64,000 bases of DNA from Octopus vulgaris (lineage: Eukaryota): the NCBI GenBank assembly GCA_951406725.2, contig OX597827.1, positions 5,270,001 to 5,334,000 on the forward strand. The letters run 5' to 3'. The notes below the pieces were generated by a model that saw only the letters and a list, made by a program, of their open reading frames with translations, was not told the origin of the DNA and did no database searches. The number at the start of each line of letters is the position of its first letter. Position 1 is the first letter of the stretch. Below, one piece after another: positions 27,036-41,768 of the stretch. A program made the translations under genes and the position numbers.

Positions 27036-29864
27036 ACACACACATACACACACGTATGTTGAGGTACATGGTTTAGTGGTTAAGGTGTTCTATTTGTAAT
27101 CATAAGATTGTGGATTCGATTCCTGGTCAGGCAATGTGTTGTGTTCTTGAACAAAACACTTCAATTCAATTCGCTCCAAACTACTCAGCCAGCAGAAATG
27201 AGTTGTGCTGTTACAGACAGGCATACTATCAGAGGAAGAATATATGCAGCATAGAATCCAGTGAACCTTATGAGCCTATTGCTAGACAGGACCTTTGAGA
27301 TATAGACAATTACAAATACATGTATCTTTATATCTAGTAGTTATGTGGTTAAGAATTTTGCTTCTTGAACACATGAATTTGGTTCCTTGGTTGACATCTA
27401 CTGTGGTTCTGTACTGCCCAGTGCCTCATGAGAGATTTTGGTAGATGGAAAGTGTGTCTGTGAATATTTATAATCTGTGCTGAGCCACAGCTACCAACAC
27501 TGTTTACTTCAAATAAGACAAGTGTTCCCTCTTTGGGGACATTTGTTGACATTTCCTGTCAACAAATCCTTCATTATCTCTGCACTTTCGAATTCCTTTA
27601 GAATGAAAAATCCTTTGCAAAAGCTGGTGGGTATTGGTACCAAAAAGAGTATACAGATGTAAAACTCCTATCACAATCGATGCTAACGTGGAAAAATGGC
27701 CATTAAATGAAAGAATGAATAAATACGTTAGTGAATCTGTTTGTCTGTGTGTGTTTGTGTATATGTGTATGTGTACATACACACACTCATATATATATTT
27801 ATAACAGACAGTTAAATATTAAGCTTCAAGAAATGCTTTTTTATTTCATTAAAAGTCATATTTATGCATTTTCCTCTCTTATATATTTATTTATGTATGT
27901 ATGTATACACACACATGCATATATATACATATACATGTCTGTATATATATATGTATGTGTATATATGTATGAGTGTATATATAAACACACACACACACAT
28001 ATATATACATATATATGTATATATATATATTTATTTATGTATTTATATATATATATTTATTTATTTATGTATTTATATATATATGTATTTATATATATAT
28101 ATTTATTTATTTATGTATTTATATATATATATATATATTTATATATTTATTTATTTATGTATTTATATATATATATATATATATATCATCCAATTTTCTA
28201 TCTCGCAATATACGATCTAGTATAATGCCATTACATAATACTTAAAATTGCTTTAATGACAAGAATATTCTATTTGATTTCCAGAATATCTTTTCACTAC
28301 GACTAAGATTTGAGGATTTTTCTCATAATACATCATATGCCAAATGTAAAAATCATTATCTTTCTACATATCTGTATTAGTCTCTGCAGAAATTTTTCAA
28401 TAGCTGGCCAATGTAATGCATTATGGTATTCCCTCAGACTTATTCTTCTGGACTTAATACTTTCACTTTATTTCGTACCTGAAAACGAAACTATTAATGT
28501 GAACATTTTTGCCTATCTATACCTCTCAGTTTATATAGCTCATCTTCTGGTGCAAGCGGTTGATTTTTATCACTGGCCGTCTATCATAATTTGTCAATTT
28601 CACTAAATCCATAGCTATTTCTTTCTCTGTTTTGGTGAGGTGGCAGAAGGTGGGGCTAGGTGTCATAAGGCTGCTTACACAGTTTGCATGGTATATGAAT
28701 GACTGAGGTTAGAACACTCCTCTGAATGGGATGCTGGTTTGCTGCAGGGTTGAAGGCCAGCATTTTTGAAGGAAGGGGGAGCTGTTCGATTACATTGATT
28801 CCCCAGTTCTTGACTGACACTTTTATTTTATTGACCCCAAAAGGATGAAAGGCAAAGTTGACTTCAGCCAGATTTGAACTCAGCAAGTAGAGAACCGGAA
28901 GAAACGCTGCTAAGCATTTTGTCCAACATACTAACGATTCTGCCAGCTCACAGCAATTAACTATTTTTTGGATGAATCCACATTTCTTTTACATTCTTTT
29001 ATATTTTTCCTTATAACTTCTTTTATGATATTCCAGAGAATGTTTCCTTTTAAAAAATTATCTTTTAATAACATCCCTTTTTGTTCTCTTCTAATCTTGC
29101 TCACCTCCCAAAATATATATATATATTCACAAATATTTTCTTATACAAACTGGATGATTCTATCGCTATTTGTAAATCCTATATCATTAAGAATTTATTT
29201 GCATTTCAGATTCAAATATTTTCCTTCATACTAACTAATGAACATTTAATCTATTAAAATTTATTCACACTTTTGCAGAAGAGGAAATTATCTTGAGAAG
29301 CATTTTTTTCTTTATTTTTTTGGTTTCTTGTTTTATTCCTGTTTGATGAAGTTAAGGACATTCTACACGTACTCAGTCTCATCCAGATTGTGTTTAAATG
29401 AACATTTACATACATTCATCATATATTCATGCATGCATGTATCTAGATACATCACACAAGAGTGATAGAAGATGCATTATAATGTAGTTAAATTATTTTA
29501 GCAATAAAAGAAATTAAACTCTTTTAAATTCAAACTAAAAGTTCTATCTAATATTATATTCTTATTTAGTGAAATCAAGTGGAATTTTAATGTAAATTCT
29601 AGATAATATATACTTTATGGGATTTTAATGATTTTTTTTTTATGGATTTCATTTATTGACCCATGACAATGCTGGGCATAACCTTAAAGAATTTTAGTCA
29701 ATTATGAGTATTTATTCTATTTCTTTCTACTTATTGAATGACAAAGGTTTTCCCTATTTTGGAGTATAAATAGACATAAATCAACATAAGTTTACATCAG
29801 TACAAATCACACATCAGTTTCTGAACATTCATACATACATACATACATACATACATACATACAT

Positions 29865-29914
<50 letters not shown>

Positions 29915-29950
29915 TCATCATCATCGTTTAACGTCCATTTTCCATGCTAG

Positions 29951-30166
29951 CAACTTTCTCTCACTCTTTCTTCCTGTTTCTGTTGTACTTGTATTTCAAA
30001 GGGACCAGCCTTGTCACACTCTGTGTCACGGAAAAATTTCCCAGAGAACTACCTTATGGATACACGTGTCTGTGGAGTACTCAGCCACTTGCACATTAAT
30101 TTCACGAGCAGGCTTTCTGTTGATTGGATCAACTGGAACCCACATTGTTGTAACAACGGAGTGCCA

Positions 30167-30167
<1 letters not shown>
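29951..30167 (+). mobile_element. SINE family B 3' half
   Basis: caactttctctcactc..cagccttgtcacactctgtgtcacg..cggagtgcc matches the 3' half of 61349-61734. Confidence 0.8.
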
Positions 30168-30202
<35 letters not shown>

Positions 30203-30437
30203 CTTTTTTTTAAATTTTTTTCTTGTTTCAGTTATTTGACTGTAGCCATGCTTGAGCACCACCTTTGAACAAATCGATGCCAGGAATTATTCTTTGTGAG
30301 CCTAGTACTTATACTATCGATCTCTTTTGCCGAACCACTAAGTTACAGGCACACTGACATTGGCTGTCAAGTAATGGGTTGAAATACTGCTGCCTAAAAG
30401 TGTTTAACAGCACATATACATTATGTACGTGACACTG

Positions 30438-30510
<73 letters not shown>

Positions 30511-31355
30511 TTTCTTGTACACTTATCTAGACATTGTGTAGTGGCTGTAAATGAGCATCATCATCATACAAGTGAGGTTGTTCATTTCCATTCTTCTGTG
30601 AAAAACATCTCTAACTATGGGTAAATATTATCTTGCTTGGAAACAGGTGAAGTTTGGCATCAGGAAGAGCATCCCAGCCATAGAAAATCTGCCTCAAAAG
30701 AATTCTGTTTGGCACATGTAAGCATGGAAAAACAGTTGCTACATGATTGTGATGATGATGGTGATGGCTTCAGTCACATGTAAATTATAATCATTATTGT
30801 CATTATCATCTCTACAACCATTATCATCAAAGCCATCAGCATACCACAGCAGTCATTTTGACTGTTTGTTTCTCCTATTTTCCCATACAAACAAAATAAG
30901 CTGTGACCTATGATCTACTATTTCTCCCTTAAATCTTTAGAGAATGTTAATAATCTAATTCTTTCATCAGATCAATCAATTGCCTTTTGTAAGACTGAGT
31001 TACTCGGATACAGTAAAATACATTTATATATATTTTTTTTTTTCTTTTCTTTTGGATCTGGATGTGTTAGAAATTTTGTTCTTCCTCCACAGGGAAAAGG
31101 CAAAACTCAATAGATAACTTCAATAAAATTAATAAAAAGAATATGTCATCTGTGATTCCATATTCTGATACAACATGACCTTCGTTTACTACCTTCAGAC
31201 ACTGCTTTATCAGATCATCTCCCGAACTCTGCTCTTGTTACTGCAATATTCACTATGATGTTGGCTCACCAGCCCTCACAGAATCCACCTTCCTGTGTGA
31301 TCTGGAATATGAATATTTAATTTCACCTGAATATTTAACCTCTTTAATCATACAT

Positions 31356-31402
<47 letters not shown>

Positions 31403-31428
31403 CATATATACATATCTATATCTATCTA

Positions 31429-31469
<41 letters not shown>

Positions 31470-32177
31470 CACATATATACATGTATACATAGACATATAA
31501 ACATATAAAATATATATATGTAATCATATGTATACATGTATATATGCATATATATATATATGTATATATATATATATGTGTGTATGTATATATATATTAA
31601 AGTACTTAGTGTTTTTCTTCATAAATATGTTTTAGGCTTTTGTTTACAGGCTAATTTAATGATTGTTAGATATTACTGATATCTATGGACTTGTATATTG
31701 GCATTTAGGATTAAAGGTATGTGTGCACATGTAGATGTCTGTTATATATTTGTGCATGTGTGTATATGTATAAATATGTGTGCATGTGTCTGAGCATGTA
31801 CCTATGTATATGTATATGACTGTATATATGTGTATGTGTGTGCGCGTATATATATATATATAAAAACAATGTAACAACCTGCTCAGGAAATTAACATGTA
31901 AGGGGCTAATCATCCACAGATATGCATACCCTAAACATAGTTCTCAGGGAGATTCAGCATGACACAGAATGTGACAAAGGTGGTTCTATGAATTATAGTA
32001 GAACTCCTTTTTGCCAACTGAGTGGGCTGGAGCTGTGTGAAATAAAGTGTCTTGCTCAAGAACACAATGTGCTGCCAGTTTTCAAATTCATAACCTTACA
32101 GCTTTGAGCAAAATGCCCTAATCATTAAGCCATGCACTGTCTTTCATTTACCATATATATATATATATATATATATA

Positions 32178-32563
32178 TCGAAATCGAAATCGAAATCGAA
32201 ATCGGAATCGAAATTGAACCAATCCTATGACTGGCACCCAGCAGATGCCAGGACCCCTAGACTGGTGGTATGTAAAAAGCACTATCCGAATCGTGGCCGA
32301 TGCCAGCGCCGCCTCGACTGGCTTCCGTGCCGGTGGCACATAAAATGCACCAATCCAACCGTGGCCGATGCCAGCCTCACCTGGCTCCAGTGCAGGTGGC
32401 ACGTAAAAAGCACCCACTACACTCACGGAGTGGTTGGCATTAGGAAGGGCATCCAGCTGTAGAAACATTGCCAGATAAGACTGGAGCCTGGTACAGCCAT
32501 CTGGCTTCCCAGATCCCCGGTCGAACCGTCCAACCCATGCTAGCAACGATGATGATGATGATG
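32178..32563 (+). mobile_element. RTE-LINE 3' UTR fragment (variant subfamily)
   Basis: (AAATCG)n, gtgccggtggcac units, ggttggcattaggaagggcatccagc, (GAT)n tail. Confidence 0.8.
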
Positions 32564-32904
32564 ATAATACCACTAGTGATGATATCTTTAATAGTACCAT
32601 TGCTCTCATATTTATTTATATATATATATATATATGTATCTATACATATATTTACATACATGCATAAGTATACATATATTTACACGCATACTATTTAAAT
32701 TTAGACATAGGTATGAGAAATGCTCAACTGACCATGAGGATTGGGGGGAATCTACAAATACACATGTAGACATACATTATATTAATTTTTATGCTGTAAT
32801 TTTGGTAAAATTGTGTTATTGATTATAGGTTATCAATGAGCTAATTATTGGTTCACTATATTTATGATTCCATACAAGGCAGAGCCTCTGGTGCAGTTTG
32901 GTGG

Positions 32905-33287
32905 CTTATATGTATGTATGTGTGTATGTATGTATGTATGTATGTATCTGTGTATGTATGCATGTATTATGCATGCATACATAGGTGTTTATATACACAT
33001 GTATGTATGTATGTATGTATGTATGTGCATGTATTATGCATGCATACATAGGTATTTATATATACATATATATATATATGTATGTATGTATGTATATATA
33101 TATATATGTGTGTATGTGTGTGTGTGTATATATGTACATATATATATATACATATATATATATTTATATATACATATATATACATATATATACAAACACA
33201 CATATTTATATACACACATACATATATACACACACATACATATATATACATATGTACATACATATATACATACGTACATGTATACAT

Positions 33288-33318
<31 letters not shown>

Positions 33319-33352
33319 TACATATACACACACATACATATATATACATATG

Positions 33353-33388
<36 letters not shown>

Positions 33389-33395
33389 TACATAT

Positions 33396-33444
<49 letters not shown>

Positions 33445-33445
33445 C
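32905..33445. repeat. Compound (TATG/TA/CA)n microsatellite
   Basis: Read directly from sequence. Confidence 0.95.
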
Positions 33446-34153
33446 AATAGACATCCACTCAGTATCTGTTTATGATTTACCACAGTCATAATGCATTAAT
33501 CAACCATAAGTTATGGTTGAAGGTATTTGTCCAAGATGTAGCACAATGGTGTGTAACCCTGAAACATGTGGTTCTGCAGCAAGTTTCTTAACCACATCCC
33601 TGTGCTCATACTTCATTTACATGTAATCTCTTTAACATAGAGAAAAGAAAATGAGAAAACAAGAAATAAAATGCTAAATTTGTTAATTTAATGGCAAAAT
33701 TAGTGAAGCGTAGGAAGTGAAAAAAAAAAAATGTCTTTTAAACTCAGATATATGTTCCCCAACTGCAAATAATTGAAATTCATTAATTGAAATTCTGACA
33801 ATAAATTGATTGTCTCATGCTGAACTTTACAACTGTTTTGCATATTTTATGGACCTGCTAATGAGTTCTGTTTTTAGGAGACTTATTGAATGTGTTTTCT
33901 GTCTTCTTTCTTAGATAAAACCATTGTGGTCCAATATTCCTGTTGAAATATTTGCTAATGTAATTCAGTGTGCCAATATTTATAGTTAGAAATAAGAACC
34001 TATAATTAAAATATGGAGACTGAAAATTCTGAAGTCAACGACCGTCAGTGGTTTTTGGTAACTTCATATATAATGTATGCATCAGATAATTTCTACAGAA
34101 TTGCATCGTTATTTTGCCCTTTTGTTCTCTGTATCTTTGAACTATATTTTATC

Positions 34154-34752
34154 CTTCACTTGTTTTAGTCATTGGACTGTGGTCATGCTGGGGCATTGCC
34201 CTTGCAAGGTTTAGTCAAACTAATTGATTCCATTATCGATATTTTAAAGTGCTACTTGTTCTGTAGTCCTCTTTGGCCAAACTACTAAGTTTTGGGGACA
34301 TAAATGAACCAACACTGGTTGTTAAACAGTAGTGGTGGTAGTGGTGGTGGTAGTGGTTGTGGTGGTGGTGGTGGTAGTGGTAGTGGTTGTGGTGGTGTTG
34401 GTAGTGGTAGTGGTGGTAGTGGTGGTGGTGGTAGTGGTTGTGGTGGTGGTGGTGGTGGTAGTGGTTGTGGTGGTGGTGGTAGTGGTTGGGGTGGTAGTGG
34501 TGGTGGTGGTGTAGGTGGCAGTGGGACGTACAAAAATGCACACACACGTACATGCACACACACACACACACACATCTATATATACATATACGCAATGGAC
34601 TTCCACACAGTGTCCGTCTTCTAGATTCACTCACAAGATATTGGTCAGGCTGGGACTATAGTAGAAGACACTTACTCTAGGTGCTATACAGAGGGACTGA
34701 ACCTGATATCCTGTGGTTGCAAAGAGAGCTTCTTAACCACATAGCCATGCCT
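34154..34752 (-). mobile_element. Old SINE family A copy with an internal (GGT/AGT)n expansion at 34329-34520
   Basis: Decayed tail and head of family A flank the trinucleotide tract. Confidence 0.75.
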
Positions 34753-36621
34753 ACATAAAACCATTGCTTAGATCAATCTTTCAAAATTCTTATTTGTTAA
34801 CAGTAATATTTATAAGAGAGGATTCTATAATTGTTGTGCTTTTCAGAGGTAACATGTCTAAAAAAACTAATAGCCATGGCATCAACTTATGCATCTTCTG
34901 ACATCATAAATGCTGAAAGGTGTTGCAGACCAAACATTACTATTTATGAGAATTGATGGATTAACATGCCATCAATTCCTGAAGACTCACAGACATCAGC
35001 CAGGTACATACACGGATATTCAAGGATTGATGGAGATAGACTATCACCATGATACGAAAGACTTCCAGCCCAGTGTAACAGAAGATTATACACTCTTCTA
35101 TCAAAAATGTTACTAATTCTTGTTGCAATTTTGTTTTCTTTTGGCATCAAAAACTTTTTGTGTTGAACTCTGAAATGATTTTGTGCTGCACTGTATTCTA
35201 AAAAGCTGTTTGGACAATTATTGCATATGACTTGTAACATATTTTATTTAGTCAACATTCCATACTATTGAACTTTACAAAAATAGAAAAAAAAAGAAAG
35301 CCTTTAGTTATCTCTTATTTAACTTCTTGCATCTGAGAATTTGAAAGAACTCCTTTCTTGACAGAAACATCATTACTAAGAAACGTGTGTGTGTGTGTGT
35401 GTGCACAATGACACTTCTATCCTCAAAACCAACTGTTCAGTTGAAAATTCCATGATATTTAGCCAGAAAAGCACAAACTCTAATTTAACAGAAGATTTGA
35501 CGTTGTGGTCATGATAACAAAGTTGTAAATTTAAACTAGTTCAGGTGAAAATGTGGATAGTGCAGAGAGAGAAATTGAAATATGGGGTTCTAAATAAAGA
35601 AAAATGTAATACTGAAAAAAGAAAGCTCAGAGAAATATAACACTTCAAGAACATTCAAAACGTAAACATTTGAAACCAGCTAATTGATGGTAATTGACAA
35701 TTACCATGATAGTGAAGATTTCTAGTTGAATGCAACAGAACTGTATATACTGTTCTATCAGATAAATGCTTGCATATCATGATTTGTGTTTTTATGTACT
35801 CAACTAGGTTTCATGTTGGTATCCAAATATCAGAGAATGTAAAATAGACTCCTTCATCAACTTGCTACTGAAGAAGTACCTGGTCGTCTTTTGTCTTTAT
35901 TTGGGATGAGATGATAATTGGATACAAGGACAGGTAAACTTCCAAACAACACAGCGCTCATTGAAAAAAAAACAAAAAAAACGCCCATATAAAATTTTTT
36001 GCATCACTTGATACAAGCATCTTAAATATCTGTAATGTTCTGACCTACTTCATACATCCTAGAGCTAGACTGTCAAAAAAGGGCATGCTATTACAATCTT
36101 TGAGACACTTCGAAGCCAGTTATGAAGGGACACACTATCTGAGCAGAAAGATATCATGAAAGATATTAACACCTTGAGAAAGCCGATAAATCATTTGCCC
36201 CTCAAAAGAACCAACCATAGTAATTATAACATTGCATGGGTTTCCACAAGGAACCCAAAGAGAGTTCTGTAAAGCACAAAGAACAAATTCTTCATCATCT
36301 GACTGAAGACCATCATTTCTGTTCTTTTTAGAAATAAGAAGTGTAAAAAGCTAGTGGACATGGCATCTTCTGATGCTATAACTTGTATTTCTCTTGATAT
36401 TATATCTTTGAATGGTAGGGAAAAAACTGATGACTACAACAGGCACCCAACTGATAAAGGTTATAGAGTAGATCAAATGGGGAAACTATAATTGAGTCCA
36501 CAGCAGACATGCAAAAAATATTTTTAGTGGCAATAAAATTATTTTGCAGCATGAAAGGTGTTTATAAGCCCTTTAAGAAACACACAAAAACCTTTAGATT
36601 CACTTCAAGATTTGAATTTAA

Positions 36622-36672
36622 TTTGTCAAAATATTTTCGTCGCTTTCAGACCGTGACCTATTCACTGACAAA
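36622..36672 (-). ncRNA. Minimal hammerhead-like ribozyme motif with non-canonical core, probably in a Penelope-like pLTR remnant
   Basis: Minus strand: tttgtca-GTGAATA-g-gtcac(ggtctgaaa)gcgac-GAAA-atat-TT-tgacaaa; 7-bp stem I, stem II with one mismatch, palindromic loop III. Confidence 0.5.
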
Positions 36673-37875
36673 ACTTTGTGCTGCACGAAGTTTGTAAATT
36701 CACAAACAGGATTATTTGAAACTGAAAAAATATATTTTGTTGTAAAAAATTTAAAAAAACGCTGTTAATTGTAACTGAATATGATTTGGCAGCATGTACC
36801 GTGCTTTTGCTCATTGTTTCTGGTATCTATGCAATCAGAAGCAGACATACAGATCCTCTTGACCCTCCCACTGTAGATTCAGCGGAGCATTGAGGATGTG
36901 ACAGCTGTAAAAAGAGAGAGAGATAACAGCACTCATTTGGTACTCATTTCAGCTGGTTAGACTAGATCAATATGTAAACATGTGTAAACAATGCACTACC
37001 TGGTTCAGGAATCAAACACACAACTATATGATCATGAGCCCAGCATGCTAACCACTTGGCCACCTATCTTCACATGCAATGAGGTGAGAAAATGCACAAG
37101 GCATGTATTCTTGAAAAAATGTTCAGTTTCGAGTTCACTTGCTAAAGATATACATTATTCCTTAAGAATACTGTATTAATTTTTATTCAGAAAAAATTTA
37201 TTTAAATGTCTACAGTTTGAAATCTAATGCAAAGAGGATTATTTATAATTAGTAGGAAAACAAAAAGAATTTCAAAGTTATATAAACCTATAAATTTTAA
37301 TGAGAGACAAAATCCTTTGGAAAAATCATTTCTTTTTTTATTGATTTTTTATACGAGTCAACTAGAATTTAGTAACGAGAAGATTGTTCTAAAATATTCT
37401 TATTGTATTTTAAAAGAAGATAACTAAAAACAAAAAGAAAAACCTTGTAAAAATGCAGTCAAAATCTAGTGTATAATTCTGTACTGTCAGCCTCTGTTGT
37501 TAAGCAAATCAGATTATAGATTAAACTAATAGATGTAGCAACAATTTCTCATAAATCTAATCATAACATGTAACACATTCAATAAGAAAAACTCCATTTT
37601 ATAAGGTTATTTAGTGCAAACTACTTCTTGTGATGTTCCTGGAAATGATTATATAAATATTGATGTGTGACTTCAATATATCATGTGGATAAAAATTTTA
37701 TTTGGAGAAACAAACATACAAACAAAAATATAATAAGCATAACAAACAGCACATCAATGTTTCAAACATCAATAAATGAAGATTCTTCACAAAGCAATAT
37801 ACACACACACACATGTTTGAACATGCACATGAATGCACACACGCACACACATTTTATTCTCATACTACCCATGAA

Positions 37876-38203
<328 letters not shown>

Positions 38204-38692
38204 CACACTGTACATAAACTATATGAAATATTTTATGAGTAGGGATGAAATAGCCATTGTATTATTATCTGAGAACTAAGTGTGAATAATTGTATTCTGC
38301 AGCAGCAACAACAACAACAACAACAACAAAATGTTATGATAGTCTCAGATAGTAAGGAGGAAAGAAGGAAGGAAGGAAGGAAGGAATGAATGAAGAGAAG
38401 TAAAAAAAAATATTGGGCAGGTGAAAAGTATATGATTAGAGGCCTAAAGTATAGGACAATTTATAATGATGGCCCGAAAGAAACACAGAAGGAAATAATT
38501 ATTAAAAGAGAAGCCCTTCAGTGATTTCATTAATTCAGCTATTGGATTTTGCAGCATTTCCCAATTATATCAGTGATTATGGAGCCATTTACTACAGATA
38601 TAATAATAATAATAATGATTATTTCTTTTATTGGCCACAAGGGCCTAAGTATAATATTACAATACATGTAATACAAAAAGGTTATAGAACAT

Positions 38693-38732
<40 letters not shown>

Positions 38733-38734
<2 letters not shown>

Positions 38735-39124
38735 TCTTTTACTCTTTTACTTGTTTCAGTCATCCGACTGCGGCCATGCTGGAGCACCGCCTTTAGTCGA
38801 GCAAATCGACCCCGGGACTTATTCTTTGTAAGCCTAGTACTTATTCTATCGGTCTCTTTTGCTGAACTGCTAAGTAACGGGACGTAAACACACCAGCATC
38901 GGTTGCCAAGCGATGGGGGTGGGGGACAAACACAGACACACAAACACACATATACATATATATATATGACAGGCTTCTTTCAGTTTCCGTCTACCAAATC
39001 CACTCACAAGGCATTGGTCAGCCCGGGGTTATAGCAGAACACACTTGCCCAAGGTGCCACACAGTAGGACTGAACCTGGAACCATGTGGCTGGTTAGCAA
39101 GCTACTTACCACACAGCCACTCCT
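38733..39124 (-). mobile_element. SINE family A copy
   Basis: Colinear with 2881-3344. Confidence 0.9.
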
Positions 39125-39542
39125 GCTGGAAGTGAAGAGGGGGGGGTGAAAAGTAACACAGTATATTAAAACAGGTAACGATGTCGTAAAAACATCTAAG
39201 ATAGTGTCAGACACCTCACAGCTTCAGTTGCCTACTTCAACTGCAGTCACACACACACACACACACACACAGACAAGTACATCCATATATACATACATAT
39301 GAATGCATGCATGGAGGGATGGATGTATACATATATACATACATTTTCAAACTTCAGATTGTGTATATTCTATCATGTTTTTTTTTACTACTTTTGTCCA
39401 CACTAATGTATACTTTGTTCAAAGAAACAAACGTAACTGAATAATTATCTTGTAGCCAAAAAATTAGAGCTGTTATCTTGTCTTCCACTTCCTGCCAATC
39501 AAATTGGTCCCTGAAAAGTCATGATATCTTAGAGATATTCAT

Positions 39543-39770
39543 TTAACCCTTTAGTGTTCAGATTATTCTATCAAACCTAATGCTTATTGATTCCCATTGA
39601 TTTGAATTAATCATGCATTATCTCATATCTTCAAAGAGCTTGATGGTGTAATTACTTAATGTAGAATAACATTGTAGGGTAGGTGTGAGAGCCTGGATCT
39701 GGTCAGTTTGAACATAAAACAGATTAACTATTTTGGCCGGATATGGCAGGTTTAAATACTAAAGGGTTAA
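39543..39770. mobile_element. piggyBac-type MITE (inverted relative to 4012-4240)
   Basis: TTAACCCTTTAG ... CTAAAGGGTTAA. Confidence 0.85.
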
Positions 39771-39779
39771 ATAAAAGAG

Positions 39780-40700
39780 ATTCTTGGTAGTGTAAATGCT
39801 GGGAACCACTGCGGTTGGGCATCTTTCGAGGGTGATTTGACAACTATATCTAAAAGGTTATTGGTACAGATGTCTATCGAAGAGGAGAATGGTAAAATGG
39901 TAAGTCTTGAGATACCTGTAGAAATGCTTAAAAAAAACACTACTCCACTTAATCCAGGTAAAAATGAAGTTTTCCAGTTTTGTGACGGGGAACAAGGGGA
40001 ATATAGACAGGAAAATAATCACAAATATATCCTGGGAAATTTAGATGTGAATGGAAACTATTCAAAATGGACTTTCTAACAAAAATCTAATGAAAACTGT
40101 GAACCGGTAACTTGTATTTTGTATCTCTGGTGGTTAGATTTGTGATGAACCTGGTTCAGCTCAGTAAAGCGTATCTGGAAGTGCTGGATGAAATAACTAA
40201 GAGAATCCTCAGAGAGTATCTTCTGCTTGGCAGACATGCAAGTGATGAAAAGTTATTCATGTCAAAGGGAGGTGGAGACAGGGATGTCGATAATCTGAAA
40301 AGCTGTATATAAGAAACAGAATTTAGAATAGCATGCTATATGGAATGTAAAAAGAAGAAAAAAGTGTGAATAGATATCCTGCATGAAAGAAAGAAATGAG
40401 GAGGGAAAATACTGTTTTATCAGAAGAGGAGCAGAATATGCTCTGCTTTGCATCAGGGAAGTGAAAATTTTGGTCATGATATGATCAGAGTAAATGGGAA
40501 CAGAATGAATGATATATATATATATATAGAAGATAATCCGAGGAATTAATGCTTAGACAGTATTAAATCTCAGTAGGTTTTGGTTGAAGTATATAACAAA
40601 TTAGATGAAAAAGCTATGGCAAGCTAAACTGTCAGATGGATTCAAGGAAAACTTCTATCAATAATATTGCAGAAATAAATGGTAGAATCAAAAGCATTGA
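39780..40700 (+). pseudogene. Decayed R4/Dong-like non-LTR retrotransposon, post-RT region
   Basis: LEVLDEITKRILREYLLLGRHASDEKLFMSKGGGDRDV resembles the LD..(T)RK.L....H...ERLY..R..GGRGL motif of RLE-type LINEs; many stops. Confidence 0.6.
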
Positions 40701-41235
40701 GTAAGATACATACAATTTCAGATGACTATATGACTTGTGGAAGCAAAACAGAAAAGTACTTCAGTACATCCAGGGCAGGATTATTTTATAGGGCTTTATA
40801 ATACATTAATAATCCTTTAAATAGTTTGGACAGGGCAAGAAGGAATGATTAAAGAGCAATTCATTCTCGTATAAGATAAGATGAACAGTAGTTCTCAATT
40901 TTTTCTATGCCCCTCACTTCTAAGAAATGTTTAACTAATTTTCACCCTCTCTCTACAAAAGTATGATTGCATTTGAAAATGAAGAAGTCAGTTATCTAAT
41001 AACTAATGGAGTTTTTAAAAATTCAGCTGCATTCAGTATTGTGGATTAATAAAAGTTCTTGGTATGCTCAAAAGAACAAAGTTATTTTTTAAAGTAACTT
41101 GATAATTTTGTTTGAGAAGTGATTTTAATAATGTTTAAACTTTCTCTCTTTGTTGCATCCCACAAAATAATATTTCACACTCCAGGCTGGGAACTCTGTG
41201 ACAGAGGAACTATACTGCAGACTAAAGAGAAATAT

Positions 41236-41768
41236 ATCATCATCACCATTTAATGTCTGCTTTTCATATTGGCATGGGTTGGACGGTTTGATATGGCACT
41301 GGCTAGCCAGGAGCTGTCCAGACTCCAACTGTCTGTTCCTGCATGGTTTCTACAGCTGGGTTCCCTTCCTAATGCCAACCACTTTACAGAGTGTGCTGGG
41401 TGCTTTTTACCTGCCACCAGTACAGGTGCATTTATACAGCACCGGCACAGGTGCATTAACACAGTTCTGCATTAACACAGTACCAGCATGGGTGCTTTTT
41501 AAGTTGCACTGGTATGGATGCTTTTTAAGTGGCACCAGCACTTGAAAGAACAAGCCTGTATGTGTGTACTTGACATGTCTAATCAAGTACAGCAAATTGC
41601 ACATCTCCCGGTCCCATATCATTTCCTCAGTGAGGCCCAGTGTCCAAAGAACTTTTCGTACCACTTCATCCCAAGTTTTCCTGGGTCTACCCCTTCCAAG
41701 GGTACCTTCCACAATTAAAGCTTGGCACTTCTTTATGCAGCTGTTCTTATCCATACGTATCACATGAC
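41236..41768 (-). mobile_element. RTE-clade LINE 3' end: ORF C-terminus plus 3' UTR
   Basis: HVIRMDKNSCIKKCQALIVEGTLGRGRPRKTWDEVVRK..LGLTEEMIWDR (RTE GRPRKTW motif), followed by decayed gtgcc units, ggttggcattaggaaggg and a (GAT)n tail. Confidence 0.8.

Noticed and set aside
31180-31330. Possible minus-strand exon ([11 protein letters not shown], or [20 protein letters not shown], ending at GTGAGC)
   Set aside because: Two competing frames and acceptors, very short, and phase linkage to the other exons is not established
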